This document shows, in pieces, positions 49,068 to 64,000 of a stretch of 64,000 nucleotides of DNA. The notes under the pieces are model-generated. The model was given only the letters and a program-made list of their open reading frames with translations, was not told the origin of the DNA and ran no database searches. The position numbers were made by a program, and so were the translations under genes. Origin of the DNA: Candidatus Heimdallarchaeum aukensis. Its GTDB lineage: Archaea > Asgardarchaeota > Heimdallarchaeia > Heimdallarchaeales > Heimdallarchaeaceae. The stretch spans positions 2,176,001 through 2,240,000 of the forward strand of contig CP084166.1 in assembly GCA_021513695.1 (NCBI GenBank). The letters run 5' to 3'. Within the stretch, counting starts at the first letter, position 1, and every line of letters begins with the position of its first letter.

Positions 49068-49862
49068 ATGTCTGAAGAAGAAAAAACAGTTCAATATAAA
49101 AAAGTAGGTAAAAATAACAATGTAATTCTTATTACTTTTCACAGGCACAAAGATCTAAACGCGTTCAATTCGCAAATGTTGGAAGAATTTGAGGAAGTTT
49201 TGTTAAAAATAAAACAAGAAAAAGATATTCGTTGTGTAATTATCACTTCTGAAGGTAAATCATTTGTAGCTGGTGCAGATCTTAAATGGATGTCCACACT
49301 TAATGAGGAAAATTATAACAATTTAATTGCTAAAGGACAAGAAGTTTTTGAATTAATTGAATCTTTGCCAATTCCTGTAATTGCTGCAGTAAATGGATAC
49401 GCTTTAGGAGGAGGAATGGAACTTTCTTTAGCGTGTGACATTAGAATTGCTAGCTCAAAAGCAGTTTTCGGACAACCAGAAGTTACATTAGGTTTACCAC
49501 CAGGATGGGGAGGAACGGTTCGTTTACCCCTTATCGCAGGATTAGGTGTAGCAAAAGATCTTATTCTTACTGGTAGAAAAATAAGTGCTGATGAAGCTCT
49601 AAAACTAAATATAGTTTCTGCAGTTTATCCTCCAGAAGAATTACTAGATAAAGCTTTAGAACTTGCAGAAACGATTGCATCAAATGCTCCTATTGCAGTA
49701 AGAGAAGCAAAAAAAGTTTTTACATCAACATTTCAAGAGAAAGTTAAAGAGGGATACCGAAAAGAACAAGATGCAGCAAAACCATGTTTTGCATCAAGTG
49801 ACTTAAAAGAAGGAATTGATGCATTGTTTAACAGAAGAAAACCAGAATTTAAAGATAATTAA
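49068..49862 (+). CDS. Enoyl-CoA hydratase/isomerase (crotonase) family protein
   Basis: AVNGYALGGGMELSLACDIRIAS is the crotonase oxyanion-hole signature. Confidence 0.75.
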   Translation: MSEEEKTVQYKKVGKNNNVILITFHRHKDLNAFNSQMLEEFEEVLLKIKQEKDIRCVIITSEGKSFVAGADLKWMSTLNEENYNNLIAKGQEVFELIESLPIPVIAAVNGYALGGGMELSLACDIRIASSKAVFGQPEVTLGLPPGWGGTVRLPLIAGLGVAKDLILTGRKISADEALKLNIVSAVYPPEELLDKALELAETIASNAPIAVREAKKVFTSTFQEKVKEGYRKEQDAAKPCFASSDLKEGIDALFNRRKPEFKDN

Positions 49863-49886
49863 TTTTTTTTAGTTGTGTCTAATTCC

Positions 49887-51035
49887 TTACCTTTTTTTGA
49901 ATTTATTATTTTTACAATATGGACAGCCAAATTCTTTTAGTTCTTCAATTGTCTTTATTTTCTCATTTTTGCCAATTGTAATTTCGTTTTTACAATTTAT
50001 ACAAACATAAATCCTGTTTTTAGGATTGAAATCACCAGTATAAAGCTTATCGAGATATTGTCCTTTAATTATTGGTGTTAGGGGTGGAAGAGTTTCTAAT
50101 CTATATAGAACAGACTCTCCAGCTAAAATTTGTGCTCCTATATATTTATTAAATCGAGGTAGAACATGAGTGATTAAACAATTCATTGCAAGAAGATCTT
50201 TCTGAATGCTTAGCATTTCTTGAGGTGGTTTTTGACCAAAAGAAAGGTAGACAACACCTCCAATAGATGGATTTAGAATTTCTAAGGCTCTAGACACAAA
50301 TACTGATACTCCATGTCTAGTATATGGGGGGTCTGTGAGTACTATGTCAAAGATCCCTTGATAGGAGCTAGGAATAGGATTCCTAAAGTCGTGATGAACA
50401 AATTTAATATTAGTACCGTTGTCTTTATTATATATATCAATAATTTCTTTTAGTCTTTCATCAATGTCAAATACTACAATTTGTTGGTCACTTTTAAGAA
50501 ACTGAGAAAGAAGTAAACTCGTTAAATCACTATCTCCAATGAACGCATAATTATCTTTTATCAGATCATAGTTGTGAATCATAAATAATATTCTTCTTAA
50601 ATTTGTTTCAGCTGTAGCAAAAGACTGATCAATTACAGTTTTAGGCGCACCTCTCATCGATGCATAATATTTGAATTTTTCTAGTTCTTTTTCAAACTTA
50701 TTTTCTTCAAATATAAACCCAATTCCATCACATTCTTTGCATGTTAAGTCAAAATTAACTTTTGTAAGTTCTTTGACTGCTTCAATTCCCGTGAATGAAA
50801 GTTTGTTCCCTTTCGGTGTTTTTTCACACCATCCTATCTTTATCAACTCATTTTTTATTGCAACACTTATTGGAGTGGGAAAACCGCTTTTTTGCGCAAC
50901 AAATTTTATTGGTTTGTTTGGGTATCTGTCTAAAACAGCTAAAAAGCGCTTTATTCCGTTAATTCCCTCTTTTATTTTGACTTTTTTTGTAATTTCATTG
51001 ATCTGTTTAATTATCTCTTCCCTATTCGTATTCAA
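49887..51035 (-). CDS. DUF43-family aminopropyltransferase-like protein (BpsA-like branched-chain polyamine synthase family) with a C-terminal zinc ribbon
   Basis: FIGDSDLTSL and VLTDPPYT motifs lie within a Rossmann-like core. The C-terminus has CINCKNE...CPYCKN. Confidence 0.45.
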   Translation of the reverse strand: MNTNREEIIKQINEITKKVKIKEGINGIKRFLAVLDRYPNKPIKFVAQKSGFPTPISVAIKNELIKIGWCEKTPKGNKLSFTGIEAVKELTKVNFDLTCKECDGIGFIFEENKFEKELEKFKYYASMRGAPKTVIDQSFATAETNLRRILFMIHNYDLIKDNYAFIGDSDLTSLLLSQFLKSDQQIVVFDIDERLKEIIDIYNKDNGTNIKFVHHDFRNPIPSSYQGIFDIVLTDPPYTRHGVSVFVSRALEILNPSIGGVVYLSFGQKPPQEMLSIQKDLLAMNCLITHVLPRFNKYIGAQILAGESVLYRLETLPPLTPIIKGQYLDKLYTGDFNPKNRIYVCINCKNEITIGKNEKIKTIEELKEFGCPYCKNNKFKKR

Positions 51036-51136
51036 CTTACCTATTTTATAATATCTCTCTTCTAAAATTTTGTTATTAATATCTCAAATATTTCTTCGTA
51101 AGAAAAATTTTTCAATAGATTGAAAACTGTAAAATT

Positions 51137-52411
51137 GTGAAAAATTTAATTTCTTCATTTTCTTATCTAGATTATAAAACTAATCTACTTACTCTAAATA
51201 ATATCCCACTTAATGAGCTAATAAAAGATGTCGATACACCTTTTTTTCTTTATTTACCTAAACGATTCGAGCAAAACTATTTAGCACTTAAAAATTCATT
51301 ATCAAAGTATTTACCTAATTTTCAGATTTTTTATGCCGTAAAAGCCAATTATTTAGGAAAAATATTGTTAGATGCAAAAAAACTTGGTTTAGGACTAGAG
51401 GTTATGTCTTTATTTGAGCTTTTGCTAGCTAGAAAAACCGAATATTCTTTTGATAACCTTGTTTTTAATGGACCAGCTAAAACAGAAACAGAGTTAACTA
51501 CTTATTTAGATAATAGTTCAGATGCAAGAATTAATGTAGAATCGTTAAATGAATTAATTTTGATCGAAAAAATTGCTAAAAAAATGAAAATAAAACCAAG
51601 AATAACTGTGAGAATTCATCCTCATTTAAGTAAAAAAACTGAAAAAAGAATGTTAATTAAAAAAAGTAGTAAATTAGGTATAGATTATGAAAGGGCAAAG
51701 AAACTTTTTTCTTTTGCTAAAGATTCTGAATTCTTAGAACCCGTAGGAGTTCACGTGCATGTAGGCACAAATCTTTCATCTCATGAGTTTTTTGATGAAC
51801 TGTTTGATTTTATGAATGGCTACATTGAAAGTTTAAGAAAAATCGGTATCGAGATTAAAGAAGCAAACCTTGGAGGCGGGTTAGCTCCCCCAAATATCTT
51901 AATTAGAAAGGATTTTAGCCTATACCGCTTTGCTGAGCAAGTAGCTACAAAATTTGAACACTACAAAGATATTCTTTTTCTTTTTGAACCAGGGAGATAT
52001 TTGGTTTCAGATAGTTTTATTGCTATAACTAAAATCCTACAAACAAAGAAAAGCTGGGGAAGAAAATGGGCTTTTACTGATATCGGGGCTAACTCTCTTG
52101 TTCCTTTAAGATATAGTATTTATTCTGTTGTTCCCCTAGTTTTTAAGGGAAAAGGTCAATACTGCAATCTCGGAGGGCCATTATGTTTACCTGTTGATAT
52201 CATAACAAAAGAAGCGGTTGATTTTGTAGTAGAAAATAATGATTTGTTGGCGGTGCTAAATTGCGGTGCATATACGCTCTCTATGAGTGAACAATTCGGT
52301 TATCCACGCCCTCCAGTTTATGAGTTAAATGAGAAAGGAAAGTTAAGATTGATCAAGCCTTCTGATGATATAGAAAGAATGGTTGAAGAGAATTTTTATA
52401 ATCTTGAATAA
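51137..52411 (+). CDS. PLP-dependent decarboxylase of the Orn/DAP/Arg decarboxylase (alanine-racemase fold) family
   Basis: FYAVKANY is the PLP-lysine motif. The TIM-barrel plus beta-sandwich layout, GGG motif (EANLGGGLA) and C-terminal CGAYT (NCGAYTLSM) are present. Confidence 0.7.
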   Translation: MKNLISSFSYLDYKTNLLTLNNIPLNELIKDVDTPFFLYLPKRFEQNYLALKNSLSKYLPNFQIFYAVKANYLGKILLDAKKLGLGLEVMSLFELLLARKTEYSFDNLVFNGPAKTETELTTYLDNSSDARINVESLNELILIEKIAKKMKIKPRITVRIHPHLSKKTEKRMLIKKSSKLGIDYERAKKLFSFAKDSEFLEPVGVHVHVGTNLSSHEFFDELFDFMNGYIESLRKIGIEIKEANLGGGLAPPNILIRKDFSLYRFAEQVATKFEHYKDILFLFEPGRYLVSDSFIAITKILQTKKSWGRKWAFTDIGANSLVPLRYSIYSVVPLVFKGKGQYCNLGGPLCLPVDIITKEAVDFVVENNDLLAVLNCGAYTLSMSEQFGYPRPPVYELNEKGKLRLIKPSDDIERMVEENFYNLE

Positions 52412-52419
52412 GAATTTAG

Positions 52420-52920
52420 GTGAAACATTTGACTTCTTCTGAATCCACTAAAATATGTAGAGACACATGTAAAAGTAAATGTTGTAAAAGTACTCCTCCT
52501 GCTTTAACCTCGGAAGATTTAACTAGAATTAGTAATGTTTTTATGATGAAAAAAGAAGAGTTTGCAAATAAAAAGACTAAGTGGTTTTTTGTTAAAAAAA
52601 GAGAAAATAGCAGTGATTGCTATTTTTTGTCAGATGAAGGAGAATGTAAGATTTATACTTCTCGTCCGTTAGATTGTCAACTATTCCCAATTTTATTTAA
52701 GATCAAAAAAGTAGATTCTTCATATGTAATAAAATGGTACATATGGTATTGTCCTTTAACAGATTTTTTCACTCCTAAATATCTAATAGAAAAAGCAAAA
52801 AAAATAATTGTTAGCTATTTAGAAAAAAACCCAAAAATTTTGTTTGAATATCAATCCGCAATGTATGAAACTGGAGGGTATAAAAGGAAACATTTTCTCT
52901 TTGCAGAGAAGTTACCCTAA
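52420..52920 (+). CDS. YkgJ/UPF0153-family Cys-cluster (CxxCxxCC) protein
   Basis: CRDTCKSKCCKS...CYFL...GECKIYTSRPLDCQLFP. Confidence 0.55.
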   Translation: MKHLTSSESTKICRDTCKSKCCKSTPPALTSEDLTRISNVFMMKKEEFANKKTKWFFVKKRENSSDCYFLSDEGECKIYTSRPLDCQLFPILFKIKKVDSSYVIKWYIWYCPLTDFFTPKYLIEKAKKIIVSYLEKNPKILFEYQSAMYETGGYKRKHFLFAEKLP

Positions 52921-53040
52921 ATTAAAGAATACTGTGTAAATCTTTTTCTTTAAGACAAAAATCCCTAAATAAAAAAATTTTATAAATACTCTATTTTCTG
53001 TCTCAATATTCCTAATTATTATTCGATTAAATAACAAAAG

Positions 53041-53988
53041 GTGTACAAGATGAAGGAGGATTTGATTGTCATCGCTCTTGGAGGAAATATGATCCTACAA
53101 AGAGGACAAAAAGGAACATTTGAAGAACAAATGGAAAATACACAAAAAGCTTCTATGGTTATAGCTGATTTAGTAGAACAAGGATATAAATTAGTTCTAA
53201 CTAGTGGAAACGGGCCGCAAGTCGGAAATATTTTGGCTCAACAAAATTATGAAGACGCACCTTCTATGCCCCTATATGTGTGTGGAGCTATGAGCCAAGG
53301 GCAGATAGGTTATATGATCTCTATGACCCTTCAAAATGAATTTAAAAAGCGCAATAAGGATGTTGATGTTGTCACTTTATCTACTCGTGTGATAGTAGAT
53401 AAAAATGATCCTGGTTTTTCTAATCCTACCAAACCAATCGGTAGATTCTATACAAAGGAACAAGCAGACAAATTTAATGAAGAAGGTAAAGGACCTTATA
53501 TGGATGATGCAGGTCGAGGATATAGGTTATTTGTTGCTTCTCCTCAACCTCTAGAGATAGTAGAAAAGAAAGCGATACAAACATTGGCGGATAGTGGTAT
53601 GCTTGTGTATTGTGTTGGGGGAGGAGGAATTCCTGTTATAAAAAACGAGGATGGAACACTTGAAGGAGCAATGGCTGTCATCGATAAAGACAGGGCTTCT
53701 GCAGTTTTAGCAGAGCAAATTGACGCAGGCATCCTCATGATACTTACTGATGTTCCTCATGCTTGCTTGAATTACAAAAAAGAGAATGAAAAACCGTTAG
53801 GAGAAATAAGTTTGGCTCTCGCTATGCAATATTACGAAGAAGGACATTTTATTAAAGGAAGCATGGGGCCAAAAATTGAAGCAGCAATTAGGTTTGTTAA
53901 AAATACTCAAGGCAAGGCAATAATTACTAATCCAGAAAACGCAATTAACGCGATTAAAGGTGAAGCTGGTACAATTGTTGTCCCCTAA
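53041..53988 (+). CDS. arcC: Carbamate kinase
   Basis: The 315-aa ORF starts IVIALGGNMI and contains LTSGNGPQVG and CVGGGGIPV, with the amino-acid-kinase-family layout typical of ArcC. Confidence 0.8.
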   Translation: MYKMKEDLIVIALGGNMILQRGQKGTFEEQMENTQKASMVIADLVEQGYKLVLTSGNGPQVGNILAQQNYEDAPSMPLYVCGAMSQGQIGYMISMTLQNEFKKRNKDVDVVTLSTRVIVDKNDPGFSNPTKPIGRFYTKEQADKFNEEGKGPYMDDAGRGYRLFVASPQPLEIVEKKAIQTLADSGMLVYCVGGGGIPVIKNEDGTLEGAMAVIDKDRASAVLAEQIDAGILMILTDVPHACLNYKKENEKPLGEISLALAMQYYEEGHFIKGSMGPKIEAAIRFVKNTQGKAIITNPENAINAIKGEAGTIVVP

Positions 53989-54108
53989 GGAAAACACTTT
54001 TTTTCTTTTCAAATTTTTTCTTAAACCCTTTTTTTTGTTGTTCTGAAATGGGTAATACCGTGCAATTTAAAAAGACAAAGGATAAATTTCTAGTGTTGTA
54101 AAAACTAG

Positions 54109-56271
<2,163 letters not shown>

Positions 56272-56278
56272 GGTGTAG

Positions 56279-60091
<3,813 letters not shown>

Positions 60092-60130
60092 TTTCGGTTA
60101 ATCTTTATATATTTTGACCACCTTTTTTAT

Positions 60131-62014
60131 TTGAAATATATGCTACCAATTTTGAATAGTTTGGAAGTAACTGAAATTATACCTATATCAGAATCAGCTA
60201 CACGAAGGTTCCAGTTTTATGCTGGGATAAACGCAATGGTCGCAGAAAATGCTAAAGGAAAAACAACTTTATGTGATATTATTGAGCGTTCAATTTGTTC
60301 AGATGCTCATGCTCAGCGTTATTCTGCTTTTGCAAGAAAAAGAAAAACAAAAGAAGCTTATATCAAGAGCTCATGGTTGATGGATAATGAAGTGCAAATT
60401 CATCAAGCTTTGACTGATGCAGGAATAAGAACAACAGTAATAGATCGCGGTGGAGGAAAGAAGACACTTACAAAACAAGAATATTCTAATTTTTTTAGTC
60501 GAAAACTCCATTTAACCTTAAACGAGTTTCAAGAACTTTTTCAGAGTTTATATTATAAAAGAGAAGATGATTTTTCTCTTCTGGGAAGAACTGAAGAAAC
60601 AGACCCACAATTATTGGCCTTTTTTAAGTTATTAAACAAGTTTACTTCTGGTTCTCCTGACGATATTAGATTAAGACAAGAAATTAACCAGAAAAAAATA
60701 GAAAAAAAAGATCTACAAGATAAACTGCGTAAAATTGAGGAAGAAGAAAATAAGATTAGAACAGTTATGAATACTATTGGTATTTCAGAGGTAAGCGAAG
60801 CCATACTTGATGCAAAATATGATGATTTATCAAGAAAAATTACAGAAAAAAAGAAAGAACTGGAAAATATTGAAAAAGTGAAAAGCCAGATAGAAGAAGA
60901 AATAGACAAAGAAACTGATGAGTTATACAATGTTAAAGATGAACACTTTCTCAACGCAGTAAAAGAGCTAGAAAAAATAAAATCAGAGTTGAGTTTAAAG
61001 AAAAAAGAAAGAGTTCAAGTACAAAGAGAAATAGCCGCTGCATCAAAAGTAGGTAATGAAAAATATGATTACTTGAAAGAAAAAGTATCCAGAAAGCCTA
61101 AATGCGAATTTTGTGGTACAAATTTAGCTGAAGAATGGAATAATAGGTTACAAATAGGTTGCCCACTATGTGGAACAGAATGGGCGAAGTTATCAAGAGA
61201 ATTAAGAGAAGGATTATTTGCTGAACCAGAAAAGCCTGATACTGCAAGCTTGGAATTAAAGTTAGAAGAGATCGATCTTGAGATAAAACAAATAGAAAAT
61301 GAAATCAGAAAAAAAGAAGTAGAAGTTAATGAAGTTAAATCGGCGGAAAGAAAAATCCAAAATAAGATAATAGAACTAAAAACTAAATTAAAGATGAGAG
61401 AAAAAGAAATTAAGAGTTTAACCCAGACAATTCACTCCCTAACAAATCAACGAACTTCCATAAAAACAGAAAAAGAATTTTTAACAACAAAAGTTAATCT
61501 ACAAGAATTATTAAGAAAAAAACTGGACATGCAAAAAAGAATAGACGAAAAACAAGATGAACTTGAAGAATTATTAAAACTACAAAATGTATCACATGAA
61601 CGGAATCAGATATTAGAGAACTTTCAGCAAGCAACACTGGAAATTTTTGGTTATGGAATATTAGTAAATCCAAAGGAGATGTCAATAACACTAATGGTTG
61701 ACCACTCGACTAGAGCATATGAAAGCTTATCAGGAGGAGAAAAATATTTCATAGATATCTGTTTAAGAATAGCAGTATGGAAGTATCTTTTAAAGAATGG
61801 ATTTACAAGACAAGGGATGTTAATTATTGATTCCCCTGAAAACTCACTAGATAATGAAAGACTAGGCTTGTTAGCTGAAGTTTTAAACTCTGAGAAAGAA
61901 AATTTTCTGTTTATTGTTACAACAAGGAATCAAGAGTTCTATGAAAAGTTGGACGCACAAATTATAGATAGCGGAAAATTTGTACAAACATCACTGTTCG
62001 ACTTCATAAAATAA
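60131..62014 (+). CDS. SMC/Rad50/SbcC-like ABC-type ATPase with a central coiled coil carrying a CxxC...CxxC zinc ribbon
   Basis: The N-terminus has GINAMVAENAKGKTTL (Walker A). Residues of about 180-520 are coiled-coil (EKLKKE...) with CEFCGT...CPLCGT near the middle. The C-terminus has LSGGEK (ABC signature) and LIIDSPE (Walker B/D-loop). Confidence 0.55.
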   Translation: MKYMLPILNSLEVTEIIPISESATRRFQFYAGINAMVAENAKGKTTLCDIIERSICSDAHAQRYSAFARKRKTKEAYIKSSWLMDNEVQIHQALTDAGIRTTVIDRGGGKKTLTKQEYSNFFSRKLHLTLNEFQELFQSLYYKREDDFSLLGRTEETDPQLLAFFKLLNKFTSGSPDDIRLRQEINQKKIEKKDLQDKLRKIEEEENKIRTVMNTIGISEVSEAILDAKYDDLSRKITEKKKELENIEKVKSQIEEEIDKETDELYNVKDEHFLNAVKELEKIKSELSLKKKERVQVQREIAAASKVGNEKYDYLKEKVSRKPKCEFCGTNLAEEWNNRLQIGCPLCGTEWAKLSRELREGLFAEPEKPDTASLELKLEEIDLEIKQIENEIRKKEVEVNEVKSAERKIQNKIIELKTKLKMREKEIKSLTQTIHSLTNQRTSIKTEKEFLTTKVNLQELLRKKLDMQKRIDEKQDELEELLKLQNVSHERNQILENFQQATLEIFGYGILVNPKEMSITLMVDHSTRAYESLSGGEKYFIDICLRIAVWKYLLKNGFTRQGMLIIDSPENSLDNERLGLLAEVLNSEKENFLFIVTTRNQEFYEKLDAQIIDSGKFVQTSLFDFIK

Positions 62015-62019
62015 AGTGT

Positions 62020-62418
<399 letters not shown>

Positions 62419-62425
62419 CTAAAAA

Positions 62426-62734
<309 letters not shown>

Positions 62735-62763
62735 GTTGAAAAAACGGAATTTTAGCAGACAAC

Positions 62764-63051
<288 letters not shown>

Positions 63052-63072
63052 GTTTTTTGAGAAAGGTTATAA

Positions 63073-64000
<928 letters not shown>

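Overview
This is an AT-rich archaeal chromosomal window of about 30% GC. It carries GyrA/GyrB, archaeal-type glycerol-1-phosphate dehydrogenase, ribosomal proteins eS26 and uS19, and an A-type ATP-synthase subunit E. Several tRNA genes contain introns, including one in the T-loop. The gene content and small-genome flavour suggest a DPANN-like or other small-genome archaeon, but I cannot confirm lineage. Roughly 55 protein genes are present, mostly housekeeping. They include enolase, MetRS, CysRS, TrmI, a TrmY-like enzyme, an FKBP, thioredoxin, an IMPase, a G1P dehydrogenase, a histidine kinase, an ABC exporter pair, a GT2 glycosyltransferase, a carbamate kinase, a crotonase, and a partial HypE at the 3' edge. 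RNA genes called by hand are: tRNA-Asn(GUU) with a canonical intron, tRNA-Ala(UGC) with G3:U70 and a T-loop intron, tRNA-Phe(GAA) with an intron, tRNA-Arg(UCG), tRNA-Ser(GCU), and a 5S rRNA whose conserved blocks appear in circularly permuted order. The items I consider most worth follow-up are the permuted 5S rRNA, a duplicated ~90-nt noncoding element, a GC-rich structured intergenic island, and a helically phased ACTATC repeat array in a divergent promoter. Also of interest are a 440-aa LAGLIDADG intein in GyrA at a non-active-site position, a 1395-aa fusion of a double ATPase activase with a 2-hydroxyacyl-CoA-dehydratase-like module, and an XPD/DinG-type helicase fused to a cysteine-less Cas4/RecB-like nuclease next to a PHP phosphoesterase. 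An orphan SMC/Rad50-like ATPase with a CxxC...CxxC zinc ribbon lies directly downstream of gyrA. A block at 24.5-34.3 kb has a T-ending codon bias distinct from the A-ending bias of the core genes. No CRISPR array, transposase or integrase was seen. All calls come from reading the sequence and translated ORFs by eye. No database searches were run.
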